Shown piece after piece: positions 10,859 through 22,906 of a stretch of DNA of 62,855 nt. The DNA is taken from assembly GCA_030167865.1 (NCBI GenBank), contig JALAGF010001869.1:1-62855 (forward strand), given 5' to 3'. A program made the translations under genes and the position numbers. Source of the stretch: Craspedostauros australis (lineage: Eukaryota). The notes below the pieces were generated by a model. It had not been told where the DNA came from and searched no databases. It saw only the letters and a program-made list of their open reading frames with translations. Numbering within the stretch: the stretch's first letter is position 1; every line of letters starts with the position of its first letter.

Positions 10859-11728
10859 TGTCAATGGTCTTGCTGGTATCCACTCAAACAGTTGGAGTGG
10901 GTGCAATTTGATTCGAGGAGAGCAGAGTAGAGCAGAGCAGAGTAGAGTAACTACAGACTGCTTGATGATGTGGATGGGGTTGGACGGAGAAGTGCTTTGT
11001 CCCTCTCTTCGCACTCTTCTGGATGCAAGATACGCACACGAGGAGGCCAATCACCGGCCATCTCTCTGTGACGATGGACGAACAGTGATTGGCACCTTCT
11101 GTGATGGGTGTTCGAATCCACAAACTGACCAATCACACGCGTCGAAACTTCTCCCTGTTCCACCAAAATGCACAGAAGCGATGCAACGAGTAAAACTTCT
11201 TCGTTGTTCGTCGTGACGGCACCAGCCACAAGAGGTATCTTTGTGTCGTCCAACGTGGATGGGTACGAGCTGCAGATGACGAAACATCACTCCTTGCCAT
11301 GCATCATTAGCTTTCCCGACACGCGCACCCTTGCGTCCACATCCAGCTCTGTGGCGGAGTTGTATGCGTCTCACGTGCAGAGAGGCCAGCTATCACTTGG
11401 GCTCGATGCAGTTTGTGATGTCCACAAGGACAAACTGGTAGAGAGACAAGGAGGCATGAGGCTGGAAACAAAATGACCATTCGTGTTTCCGTCGGAACAA
11501 AAGTGCGTTCTGTTGTGACCACGAACTGCTCAAAGCGATTCTCGCCATGTGGGGGCGTGGCATGAGGCGGTGGAATCGAATGGGCTACGACCTACTTGTA
11601 CCATTAGTACCAAAGCTTGTACCACATGAGCACCATCAGTCCTCAGCCAGGTGGGAAGGAGTTGGTCTCTTGTCATTCCTCTCCGTCCACAAAATCACAA
11701 GTGCGAGTTGCGAGTACCACGAACAGGA

Positions 11729-11776
11729 ACATCATCGTCATCATCATCATCATCATCATCAACAACAACGACAACG
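11729..11776. repeat. (CAT)n/(CAA)n microsatellite upstream of the thioesterase
   Basis: Directly visible. Confidence 0.85.
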
Positions 11777-11857
11777 GCATTTCGAACTGGAACCATCTCA
11801 ATCCAATCAGTACAACCAATCAATCAGCCAACCAATAATCTCCGCAGCAGAAGCAAC

Positions 11858-12493
11858 ATGCCGAGTCTCATCAAATTCCCATACAAGGCATGGCTGGTCC
11901 GCCTCGTCATGAATTGGTATCCGCCGTACATCGGAGCGGGGATCAAGATCACCCATCTCGCTGATGATTACCGATCGGCAACCTCCGAGATGGCATTGAC
12001 GTGGTACAATCGCAACATCGTCGGTACGCAGTTCGGTGGCTCCCTCTACAGCATGTGCGATCCGATTTACATGGTGATGTTCATGCACGTTCTCGGCAAG
12101 GAGTACATCGTCTGGGACAAGTCGGCATCCATCGAGTACGTCTCTCCTGGAAAGTCCACGGTCATTGCCAACTTCAAGCTCGATGATGTCCTTATGCAAT
12201 CCATCAAGACGCTGCAACCGGGAGAGAAGCGATTCGAGACGCTGGAAGTGGAAGTTATCGACAAAAAATCTAACAAGGTAGTGGCTCGGCTCTCCAAGAC
12301 TCTCTACATCAAGCGCAAACTGCCGCGCATGTCTACTCCTGTGGATGGCGGTGCGACCGCTGCGTCCGCCACAAATGCAGGATCTAATCCCAATCACGTC
12401 ACATCTTCATCATCGTTGCCAGTGTCATCAACACAAGTGGAACAACCGCAGCAAGAGCAGGAGCAAGGATTTGAAAACAAGATGGACCCGTGA
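11858..12493 (+). CDS. hotdog-fold thioesterase, DUF4442/PaaI-like
   Basis: NWYPPYIGAGIKI...WYNRNIVGTQFGGSLYSMCDPIYM...LGKEYIVWDKSASIEY.SPGK is typical of bacterial DUF4442 acyl-CoA thioesterases. ATG at 11858. Confidence 0.85.
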   Translation: MPSLIKFPYKAWLVRLVMNWYPPYIGAGIKITHLADDYRSATSEMALTWYNRNIVGTQFGGSLYSMCDPIYMVMFMHVLGKEYIVWDKSASIEYVSPGKSTVIANFKLDDVLMQSIKTLQPGEKRFETLEVEVIDKKSNKVVARLSKTLYIKRKLPRMSTPVDGGATAASATNAGSNPNHVTSSSSLPVSSTQVEQPQQEQEQGFENKMDP

Positions 12494-13755
12494 GGAATGC
12501 CAATTCATTGTTTACTCTGCTTCTCGTTCAGGCTGGCTTCTTTGGTCATTGTGAGCAAGAGCGAGGCTTTCTGACAGATGAGAGAGACAGAGATGCGCAA
12601 ACTGCTGCATTTGTGATGATTGCGTTGCAATACAATCGCGACTCGCAAAGTCGAAGTGGATGGAGCCAAGCACTCCGCCACACGTTCCGGCTGTATTGTA
12701 CAAGTACGAGTGCAAGACTCAACTCTTAATGACGCATATCTGTGTAACATCTCACCATATATGTGTAAGTACTGACCTCGTCATCGCCGCACTTGACAGC
12801 ACCCCACCATAGACAATTGATGTCAGATCTTGGAAGCATCACGAGCGCCCACGAAGAAACAGATCTGCGTTCACAGGTCTGCATTGGATGCACTAGATTT
12901 CAATTCAACTGGGCGTCTTAATCGATGTAGTCGATTATTGAGGTGACGGTTCCGCGCAACTTCGCGCCGGCATCTCCGTCAGTTAGCGATAAGTCGTGCG
13001 AGCGTGACACTCCAATCTGGAATGTCTATGCCTAAATTCAACGCACTCTCTCTGAGTGATATGAATGCCATGTCTTTCGACTCCACATGCGCTCAAACAG
13101 ACACGGTGAAGACGTGTTGTATGTCTTCGTTAAGTACACAGATAAATTCACTTAGCAATATCACATACAATGTAACGGCTTCTGGGTTTCTTACATCTCC
13201 AAAATGCACTCGGCTCAAACTCCATCCGACAAAACGAAACAGACAACATCGCATCTCACGGAATGAGAAAGGAAAATCACACCAAACCGCAACAGACCAA
13301 GGCGAAGGCACAAAGAGAAACACAACCACTCCCCAACAACGTCGCCAATGTGGAAACCATCCGCGCAACCATCAGCGCACCTATCAGCACCAACATCCAC
13401 AACATCTCCAGACTTATAGAATAGTATTTTACTGGGTATTCACACCATATCGAACGTAATCTAAACGAGAGTGGTACCGACATTCACATTCACATCGACA
13501 TCGACATCGACATCGACATCAACACTGCGCACAACGCAACAAACGAAGCCAATACCAAAGGTGAAGACAGAGTGGAGGCAAGCACGCTGTGGAGGGGCGG
13601 ACGTCATCATCCCGACGACAAGATCTCGCACACAGCAACGCAAGCGGCTGCGCAAGAAGAACGTCCCATCCTCTGCACGAGAAGAATCCTGCTCCAGCGG
13701 GCCAAGAAGGGTAGGTGCAGGGAGCCGACGATTGGACACATACTACCATACTACC

Positions 13756-16692
13756 ATGACCAGGTTGCGACATGGAGAGACCACAGAAGCGTTGCCACAG
13801 CGTAGCAATCCCATGTTCACAGAGGAGGAAGTCACTGGTGGTGCTACGAGACACGCAGTGCCGAATTCAATGCACATGCGCCGAGCTTCAACTGAAAGCA
13901 ACACGATTGTGGCCACCGATGCTGGGACGAACAAGGCGACAGCCACAGCGTCCGCAGCAAACGCAAACAAGGAGAGACCGTTCGGAGTCTATGATGTGCT
14001 AGCCATCGCAGCTACTGAGATCAACAAATCCTTCCAAGGATTCGTGGAGAAGGCGGACAACTTCCTATCTCCAGCCGTTGCGGATCCTGAAATCGCAAAG
14101 ATTGCGGCAGGTGGCATGGACTCGCTGGGGAACATTGGCAATTCAGCCGTTTGGTTCCATCCGCAATTTGGCCCAGCGCATGTTGCCAGTCCAACCTCGC
14201 AGCTGCAGAAAACAATTGTGCCACCTGCAGTCCCTGCAAGGCAAGGGGCAGGAGCTAGTTCGCCACGCCGAGAAGGCCGCGTCCATCCAACGCAACAGGA
14301 GCACCGTGATCCCCCTGAAACACAACGACAATCTACGCTTCGAATTGACGCCCAGACCAGCGAGATCGACAGGAATGGTCACCGAGCCGACAAGCAGCCT
14401 ACCGCACGCAGACTGCTCACTGACAAGGAGGGTTCCTTGCGATCTTCCTCTCCATCCAAGTCCGTGAGGAAGGAAAGTCCGCGCGGTAGTTCCCCAGAGC
14501 GCAGACAGGCAAGAAATGGCATCTCCGTCCCAGAACCAACACAGAGCAGCACAGCGCAAAATAAATCGAAGCCCCTGATTCGAGGATCGGGTAGACAGTC
14601 CTGGGGCCGAGGTCGTGCGAAGGATAACATCAGCAGCAGCAGCACAAACAACAACAACAACAACAACAACAGCAACAAGGGAGGCAAAAATGGGAACATC
14701 GGGAACAAGGTGGGGGTGCTCCTCCGAAGTGCACGCTCCATCTCCCGAACGCGCAGTGGCATGTTTCGTTTCGGTGGGGGACGATCCAATGGCAAATCCA
14801 ACATGTCCAACCATGGCGACGAAGCTCGTGACGACGTCAACCACGATGACAGCTTGAGCCATCCATCCTCTCCAAACCCTGAACATCTGGATCAATTGCT
14901 GATGGCCCAATCCAACCGAAGCTTCCGAAGCGGCACCACCACCATCAAGACGGAGCAAACCTTCGGGACTCCGTTGGCGAATAGGAACATCCATGTGGCG
15001 GACGGAAAGTGGAATGATTACGGAAAGTCGTCCACCAAGATCACCAGAGATCAGGAGAGGAAGATGAAGAAGCTCCTTGGGCTGCCATGCGACAGCAGAG
15101 ACGAGTGTGACGACAGCGCCAGCAACAAGGTTGTGCCGTCCAATGCCCGTGGCAAGCACCGAAGAATGGCGAACGCCAATGAGAGCAAGGGCAGAAGCGA
15201 TAGACATTCTTCCCATTCCAGTAACAATCACGAGGCTTCCACCGTTGAGACGAAAAGTAAGAAGTCAGCCAAGAAGAGGCTCTTCCGGCTCCCGCGATGG
15301 AGCAAGCAACCTGCCTCTGACGAGAAAGACTCCAGCTCGGAGCATGCCGCCAAGTCGAGACGTAGCAACACGAATAGCAGGCAGAAGGCTTCGCCAAAGA
15401 TTGGACCCTCAACGCCAGCATCGACATCGACTTCGAAGCAACTGCCACCACGACACAAGACCAACCACCAGAAGCAGCAGCAGCATAGGAATCGAAAACG
15501 TATCCACGGCGCCGCCAAGGTGTACGAAACAGTCGCCGACGCCATGGCTGATATGTCGTTGCCATCCGATTCAACCAACAGTCAAAGCACGGGCAAGCAA
15601 CACGATGCACAGAACCAAACGCAGGTGCGGCACTCAGCCCAGCATGCATCATCCACGGAATTCGCAGACACCAATGGAGATGCCAACACTCGGCCTCTCT
15701 CCATCAAGCACCAACAGCAGCATTCTGGAAGGACAGGCAAAGTCCGCAACGGACTGTCGACAATGAATGATCTTGTGGACGCACGATTGGGCCAGAGCAT
15801 CGCCGAAAGTCGCGATCCGGACGATAGCATCATGCCATCGGCACGAATCGGCAACCGAAACATTCGATTAGAGGCCAAGGGCGACTACCGCAGGACAAAG
15901 AAGGGACAGGAGCACCAACGGCAATTGATAGAGCTGGGAACCTTGACGATCTCTGATTCCGAAGGTGACGCTGACGACTCGACTTACCGCTCGAGTTTGT
16001 GGTCGCCTGAAATGTCCACCATGTACGGATCCGTTGATGGCAACGAGCACGGGAATCGAGCGTGGCAAGAAATCAATCGTGCAGCAATGATCCTGTCCCG
16101 TTTCTTCGGGCATGGAGGCCCCGTACAATCAATCGTGGCAAGCCTTGGCAGCAAGGGGAACCATGGCGGTGATCAGAACGGAACGGATCACAGTGTCACC
16201 AATCGCCGCAACAGCAGCACCCGCAGCATCGGAAAAGGCACGGATGCAGAGTCCGTCGCAAGCAACGACGTGCGCCTGGCCCTGCAGACGTTCCGACAGC
16301 ATTCGCATCGGCTCGACGTGAAGCCGACCTACCTATACGCCGCCGTCCGTGACAATCCGGCCATGCTCCAGGAGGAAGGTCTCGACTTTGAAAACGACGA
16401 TCGTGACGCCACGGTCGGCAGCATGGACTCGACTTTGCATTCGATGGAAGAGAACAACGTGACAATGGCTGATGAATACATTGACAAGTACGTGGATGCG
16501 TTCGAGAACTTGTTCCAGTCAGTTCGTGATGACATCAAGGCTCTGAGAGGCAAGCCCATCTTCTCCCGAACGTCTCGAATGCACAAGAACGTGATCATCA
16601 CCTCTTCGAAGGAGTTGATGGAGAAATCGATGTTCCGGGTTCCAGCGGGAGCTGTCTGCACTTCACCAAGCAATCACATCGCGTCGGAGTAG
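13756..16692 (+). CDS. hypothetical large disordered protein (~980 aa)
   Basis: Long intronless ORF, first ATG at 13756 (accATG). Low complexity with short predicted helical islands. Confidence 0.75.
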   Translation: MTRLRHGETTEALPQRSNPMFTEEEVTGGATRHAVPNSMHMRRASTESNTIVATDAGTNKATATASAANANKERPFGVYDVLAIAATEINKSFQGFVEKADNFLSPAVADPEIAKIAAGGMDSLGNIGNSAVWFHPQFGPAHVASPTSQLQKTIVPPAVPARQGAGASSPRREGRVHPTQQEHRDPPETQRQSTLRIDAQTSEIDRNGHRADKQPTARRLLTDKEGSLRSSSPSKSVRKESPRGSSPERRQARNGISVPEPTQSSTAQNKSKPLIRGSGRQSWGRGRAKDNISSSSTNNNNNNNNSNKGGKNGNIGNKVGVLLRSARSISRTRSGMFRFGGGRSNGKSNMSNHGDEARDDVNHDDSLSHPSSPNPEHLDQLLMAQSNRSFRSGTTTIKTEQTFGTPLANRNIHVADGKWNDYGKSSTKITRDQERKMKKLLGLPCDSRDECDDSASNKVVPSNARGKHRRMANANESKGRSDRHSSHSSNNHEASTVETKSKKSAKKRLFRLPRWSKQPASDEKDSSSEHAAKSRRSNTNSRQKASPKIGPSTPASTSTSKQLPPRHKTNHQKQQQHRNRKRIHGAAKVYETVADAMADMSLPSDSTNSQSTGKQHDAQNQTQVRHSAQHASSTEFADTNGDANTRPLSIKHQQQHSGRTGKVRNGLSTMNDLVDARLGQSIAESRDPDDSIMPSARIGNRNIRLEAKGDYRRTKKGQEHQRQLIELGTLTISDSEGDADDSTYRSSLWSPEMSTMYGSVDGNEHGNRAWQEINRAAMILSRFFGHGGPVQSIVASLGSKGNHGGDQNGTDHSVTNRRNSSTRSIGKGTDAESVASNDVRLALQTFRQHSHRLDVKPTYLYAAVRDNPAMLQEEGLDFENDDRDATVGSMDSTLHSMEENNVTMADEYIDKYVDAFENLFQSVRDDIKALRGKPIFSRTSRMHKNVIITSSKELMEKSMFRVPAGAVCTSPSNHIASE

Positions 16693-17406
16693 ATGAACAA
16701 CATTGGATGATAGATTGCGGATGATGAACGGAAGACAAATGACTCCAAAGGGTGTGACTTGAATTGGTTGCCGCGATTGAATTGCCATACCCAAGGCCGC
16801 GTATTCTGCTCTACTCCGCGATGATTGCATCATCGTTGATCGCCTCGTCCAGTACAAAAAGTAGACATAAACTAACAAGTTCGATACCTTATGGCATGGC
16901 ATGGTTGAATGATGAGAACGAAGAGGATTCAGAACTAGTATTGCACCGACATGAGAGAGACGAGGACAGCTCTTCTCCTGCTTGTGAGCTGAGTATGTAG
17001 GATAGGGTAGAGTACTACAGACACATCTGCGCTATCCACTGATCGGCGTCACGAGCGCAAGCCTCTGATGACATGGAGTCCTCATCTCAAAATGTACGAC
17101 TGCTGCATTGGTGTTATACATGGCAGTACTGGGAATTTAGTTATTCTCTTACTAGACAGAGACAGAGTTGAGAGTACTCCACTCTGTTCCAACAGTGGAG
17201 TATTCCGCTTGAACATGGACGCTTCGAAGCGATAACTTGAATCGATGATGATAATGATGATACCGTGCTTCCATATTCACTGTGTTCGGTACATACTCGT
17301 ACAGATGGTGTTTGTGAGGACGAAGGACGGAGCATGCAGAGCAGGGGACAGCGACAGGTTTCGCACCTGGCAATGCTCAACTCCACATACTCTGCTCTCA
17401 TCAACT

Positions 17407-19032
17407 CTACTCATCCTCATTGTCGCTCAGTTCCATGGTTTGGGCTTCCTCGATGTCCTCGTCAGACAGGCAACATGGGATGCCACATTCTCCTGCAATC
17501 ACGGTGAACGGGCAAAGTAGTATGCTCAACGTTGCTCGAATGCCTCTCAGTGGATTGTATTGTATCCTCGGCCTGTCGGCTTGTTTCGGCGAGTATGATG
17601 CTGTTGCTGCCGCTCCTGGTGTCGTGGCGGTCGTTGTGGATGGCGAGAACGACGATACCTTGGTGGGATCGTTCTGCGTGAATGTCTGATAATCTGCATC
17701 GTTGGCACCATCCCGCATGTGCGACTTGGCATGGGAAGAATGAGGCGCGTTGTCGTTGACGCGTGCGCCGCAGAACAGGCAACAGCAGCAACCGCACGTC
17801 GCGAGGCTGATGGCGGTCGCGAACGCCGTGTAGAGCAAGGCGAACGGGAGGTAGAATGGCAGATACAGGATCGTATAGAGACGAAAGACCCACATGTATC
17901 TGTGGTCGATGTAGCTCTGCTGGCACAGACTGCAGGAGCGCATGGTGGTGCCGGTGAGATGTTCATGTTTTCCGCACCTGAAGCAAAAGTCCTTATGACA
18001 GGAGGGACAGACGACGTGATCGCAGCCCGCCTCCTTGTGGATGGGGACGCTGCAGTGGGAGCATGGCTTGGTGAACTTGCGGATGACCTTCTCCGATCTC
18101 TTGGTTTCTTTCGATCGCTTGATCTTCTTGGCTTGCTGACAGGTCTTGCCTCTGTGCGCATCACCGTGAATGGAACAGAAATGGTGGTTGCATGTTGGGC
18201 ACGACAACTGATGCACTGATGTTGCATCGACAGCCTTCAACCCAGCGTCTTGGTCGTTCTCTTTGGAGCACAGTCCGGAGCACCTTGTGCACGCAGCGAG
18301 GGTTGGGTCCTGGAGCATCTGCTGGGATCGTCGGAATCGCTGCCAGAGCTTTGACCGTCTTTGCTGTTCCTGGCGCTTCTCCTGGTGTCGTTGCTGTGAA
18401 GGATTGCCGTTGACAAGATTGGATCCGATGTCATGATCGTCGTTGTCATCATTGTCATCGCCAAAGACGACATCGGTATCATCTGCCGGATGCAAGAGCA
18501 ACTCTTTGACCAGCTCTTCATCCAACCTTGTGGAGCACGCAGGGTGCTGTTGCATCGGGCAGATGATCGGCATTTCGTTGGATTCGATGGAATGGATGCA
18601 GTACTGGGTGAGGCACTGTCTGCAGAATGTGTGCTGGCAACCCGGCACCGTGATTGGATGCACCGAACCGACCGTCGCGGCTGGAGTTGCACTTGTAATT
18701 GCAGTGGCTGGGGCCATTCCACCTTCGGTATCTTCCATCGCCCCGTGGCGGGAATGAGAATCAGAACCATCGCCGGAGTCCACCTCCAGGGAACTGCGTT
18801 TCCTTGCATTCTCACGGTCGTTGTTGGTCGCATCCACGTCCGCGTCTTCTTCACGAAACCATGTATCCACATTTGTATCCACAGTGGTGGTGTGATTTGC
18901 ATTATTGCCGTCATTCTGACTGCCTTGCTCCTCGTCTGTTTCGAAAGCAGGGCCGTACCCGTCCTTTCCCCGCGCCACTTCGAGCGCACTCGGTGAGAAC
19001 TCTCCGTAGCAAATGGGGCATTCGGAAGCCAT
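17407..19032 (-). CDS. RBR (RING-IBR-RING) E3 ubiquitin ligase with C-terminal membrane anchor
   Basis: RING1 CPIC...CQHTFCRQC...CPMQQHPAC; IBR CTRC...CPTCNHHFCSIHGDAH...C; RING2 KPCSHCSVPIHKEAGCDHVVCPSCHKDFCFRC with catalytic Cys in GCDH; followed by a hydrophobic TM segment. ATG at 19032. Confidence 0.92.
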   Translation of the reverse strand: MASECPICYGEFSPSALEVARGKDGYGPAFETDEEQGSQNDGNNANHTTTVDTNVDTWFREEDADVDATNNDRENARKRSSLEVDSGDGSDSHSRHGAMEDTEGGMAPATAITSATPAATVGSVHPITVPGCQHTFCRQCLTQYCIHSIESNEMPIICPMQQHPACSTRLDEELVKELLLHPADDTDVVFGDDNDDNDDHDIGSNLVNGNPSQQRHQEKRQEQQRRSKLWQRFRRSQQMLQDPTLAACTRCSGLCSKENDQDAGLKAVDATSVHQLSCPTCNHHFCSIHGDAHRGKTCQQAKKIKRSKETKRSEKVIRKFTKPCSHCSVPIHKEAGCDHVVCPSCHKDFCFRCGKHEHLTGTTMRSCSLCQQSYIDHRYMWVFRLYTILYLPFYLPFALLYTAFATAISLATCGCCCCLFCGARVNDNAPHSSHAKSHMRDGANDADYQTFTQNDPTKVSSFSPSTTTATTPGAAATASYSPKQADRPRIQYNPLRGIRATLSILLCPFTVIAGECGIPCCLSDEDIEEAQTMELSDNEDE

Positions 19033-20435
19033 TGTGGATACCTTTGGAGCAGTTGCAGTTGAAAGATCGTGTGACCAAGTATTATATCTGTGAAAGTCGA
19101 CAGTATTTGTGGTGTAGCAAACAGCAGAACGATCACTTGTTGGTCGATGGTTGGTCGATGTGGATGCAACGCCTGTGGAAGATGTTGTTGCGATGAATTC
19201 TGTTCGATGGGTGAGTGCTCTCCGTATTGAAAGTGACAAGAGGCAGTTGGCAGCTCCTCTCCCTTCTCGTTCTCTTTCTCCGACTCTTCCTCTTCCTGTT
19301 TCTGCATGCATGTGTGTGTGTGTCGTTTGGTGGCATGAACCCTACCAAGACGTCCACCCGCAAACTGACGAGAACACATTGAGAAAGCAACACCAAACGC
19401 GTCGTCCGGCGAAGGCAATCGCTACCTTTCTTTTGGTGTTCGTTTCGCCCAATTTGTCGTCACATCAACAAATTTGGATACCTTTTGGTACAAATAGGAT
19501 AGTATATGTGTACAGTACAGAAACAGAGGAATGGTACTGTGTACTACGTTGCTTTGTGCCAAGCACGCATTTCGCGGAGGAATGGAACAGAAGGGACATA
19601 GATAGGCGTAAGTTCAGGCCGGAAGCATACCAGCACTCCTCCGCTCAGCCTCATTCCATCTTTGTACTTCTACGTTTGCGTTGTTGGCAGCTTTCTCTAT
19701 TGATTAGAACATTCATGTTTTCATGTGGTCCATGGCGACGAAGTTTATGAGAAGAGCATGGTGCAGTACTTGGATTGCTTGTGCTTGGCGTTTTTCGTTT
19801 GGATTGGTGTTGTGGTTGGAGATAGCAGCAGAGCAGATTCGGTTCATGTATGTTGCGTTGTAGAATAGTGTTATTGTTGGTAGCGAGAGAGTAGTCCCGG
19901 AGCAGCTGTCTGTGCCATTTCATTTTTGTTGCGGCTACCTAAGCTGCTGGCGCTCATCTGTTTGTGCTCTCTCGGTGTGCTTCTGTGGTTCGTGTTGTGT
20001 TGTGCTGCGAGTAAACAGCATTGTCGATCACTGCGCGCCACCGTCAAAGGATCCCATGCGGGGTTGAGAGTTCGGCACATTGCGGTCTCGTGTCATGGTC
20101 GTAGCTGTGCCATATGTGCCATACTATACCAGACCTTGCGTTACGTTACTCCCTCCATTTTCAGTTTGATGTCATTGATTGCCCTCGCCGGCTGAAAAAT
20201 GCTCTGTGAAAGGTGTATGATAGCTAGATGTGGGAGGCCAAGCACGGATCAAAGTCATCCGTTTATCGACTCTCCCGAAGGTGGCAGTTGCCCGTTGATG
20301 TCCCCAACTCTCCAAGTTTGCACGGACCCAGCGGCGCCTTTTTTCACGGCTGCGGTCAGCGACCGCTTCGTAAAATTGTGCAACATCAGCGGATTGCAAC
20401 GTACTGCGCGATGTCAACAGTCGTTCGGGTTTGCT

Positions 20436-22906
20436 TTATTGTTTGGTGGCAGAGGCATTCTTCTTGGCGGTGTCTTCCTTCTTCAGCACATCCGCGAATG
20501 AACGTCCTCCGCCCCACGACGGAGGTGTTACGACGACTGCAGGGTTGGCATTGGCTGGCGACGCAGTTGCTTGTGTCTGCGATGCGGCATCTTCGTGCTT
20601 GCCTGGCTTGTTCTTGGACCGTCCGGATGGTTGGGGCTCCTGCTGTTTTCGGCCCCGTCTGGATCGATCTGCGGCGCCACCTCGCCTTGAGTCTGTGGTC
20701 TTGTCGGAGCCAGCAGATGCCCTGCCGGATCGGGAATTCGACGACTTGGTGGCACTGTCAGTGGCGGTGACGGACCTGTCGTCCTTCTTGGCATGATTCG
20801 CCGCGGACGGCTGGCCCGAGGCTGTTGCCACAGGAGTGGGTGGTTTGGGTGGCGCGGCCTTCATCAGTGCAGCGGCGTACCCACCAACAGGAAAGTTGTT
20901 GCTGGCGGAGACTTGATTTTGCGTCTGCGACATCTGCTTCGACGATGACGTCGAAGAGCTTGTGGTGGCGGTGGAGGCGCCATCGGAACAGACCCGTTGC
21001 TTCTCCCCATCCGCACACGAGCTGTTGTCATCGCCTTCGGGACGATCGTTTGCGCCGTTGCTGTTGCCGCCGCTTCTGGTAACATGTGGCGCCACTTCCA
21101 CTTCCACCTTCTTGGAAGATCCAGCGGCGTTGCCTCCGTCGTTCTTGCTGCTCTTGGTAAGCGGCAGATCATTTCCGTCGGGTTGGTTGAGAGCGGGGAA
21201 CTGCTCCTCCCCAAGAGCAGGCGGCGCGGGGGGTTGGGATTTGGCGTTGGACTGCTTCGGTGTTTGCTGCAGACCTTGGGTTTCGGTTGACGCGATCGAT
21301 GCGCCCTTGTCGGTCGATGTAGACGGAGAAGATGTATGTTCGGATGAAGAAGGTTGCTTTCGCTGTTGGTTGCTGTTGCCGTTCTGATTTTCGCTGACAG
21401 CGTTGTTGCTGCCATCGACCTTCGCATGAGGGGCACGGCGGGTGGTTTGTGCAGAACCCGCATTCTTCGCGCGTGCGTTGGCCGAGCTGCCGCTGAATCC
21501 CTTCGACGCATGTGTGTTGATGCTGTTGGTGTTGCCACTCGCGCTGTTGCCTCGTCCACCCGCGCTGTTTGGCATCTTCTTTTTCCTGTTCTTGTTCCTT
21601 CCCCCACCATTGTTACGACCGACGCCCTTTGGTTGCTGCTGCTGCTGGTACATCGAATACACGGGAGCCATCTGCTGTGCAGATGGCACAGGCATGGCAT
21701 TTGGGTCGCTGACGACCGCCAACGCGGAAGGGAGAGACTTTAACCTGACCTGGATGCGTTCGCCGTTGGGATACTGCTTGTCTCTGAGCGCGAACATGAC
21801 CATGAGCATATCATCTCTTGATTCAGTGTCCAATGTGACGTACCTGAGAGCGCAGAAATGCAGCGAAGTAAGTGAGCAAGTTGATGAGAAAAAAGGAGGG
21901 AGGGAGGAAGAGTTGATGGACGGTGAGAAATGCGATGCGATGGGGCACATCCTGACTTGATTGCGGCAACGAGATCAATGCCTTTTTCTCCACTCATAGC
22001 AGGCATCGGGTTCGACATCGCGCGAACTTACCAGCACTGGGCGACATCGGGATGGAGGTCCTTGATGGTTGGGCACTTGTCGAACGCGAAGAGCTCACGG
22101 ATCTGTGCTTCCGTGGCGTTGCTTGGAACTTCGCGAAGGATGAATGTGTTTTGAACGGCGGATGTTGGAGTGGAGGAGGGTGTGGCCTGGACTTGCTGCT
22201 GCTGCACGACGGGAATCATGGCAGGCACGACCGGGGCTGGTGCAACGGCAGCAGGCATGACGTAGGATGAGGCGGCGGCGGACATTCCGCTGACGATCGG
22301 AGATGACAGGATTGGCGCCAGGGTTGGTTTGGGAACCGGCAGCAGCGACTCGGCCGGGATGGGGTTTCCGGAGACGGGACCAACGGCTTCAAGCAGCTGG
22401 TCCGAGGCGTCCTTGGCCTGCTCGACCTTCTTGCCGGTGGCGGTGCTGATTTGCACGATCTCGAGCAGATCGCTGTACGTGGTGGCTGCCTGCTTGACAG
22501 CGTTGATGCTGTCGTATGGCACCATGCTTCGCACCTTGCCAAAGTTGGCGATGATTGAGATGGGGACGTAGCCATCATTGAGGGAACGGAGGGTGGAGAC
22601 GTAGGTGTCCTTCTGGAGGTTTGTGGTGGAGAAGTAGTACTCCACCTGCCTTGCGACCATCTCGAAGACGGCCTTGGCCTCCTCCGGCACGACCATGTTG
22701 TCAGCCTCCGAGCTGGTCTCCGAGTTGGCGGCCTCAGCGGTGTTTTCGCTGGTGGCAGCAGAAGCGGAGGCCGCGGTGTCGCATCCGGCGCTTGGTGCGC
22801 TCATGGCGCTGGCTTCCGCGTGGCTTGGGGCGCCGCTCGTGTCGGCGTCCTGCTTCTTGCTGTTGACGACGTTGTCGTCTTGTCGCAGCGAGGATGATTC
22901 GGCCAT
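20436..22906 (-). CDS. La-related RNA-binding protein (LARP4-like; La motif + RRM); 2 exons (22906-22032, 21843-20436)
   Basis: La motif RQVEYYFSTTNLQKDTYV...GYVPISIIANFGKVR. RRM TFILREVPSNATEAQIRELF...CW/YVTLD is joined across a gtaagt...cag intron. C-terminal FPAL, YAAAL and SFADVLKK motifs. Confidence 0.88.

Noticed and set aside
11095-11125. GTTCGAATCC, a tRNA T-loop/B-box-like sequence
   Set aside because: I could not form a T-stem, acceptor stem or cloverleaf around it.
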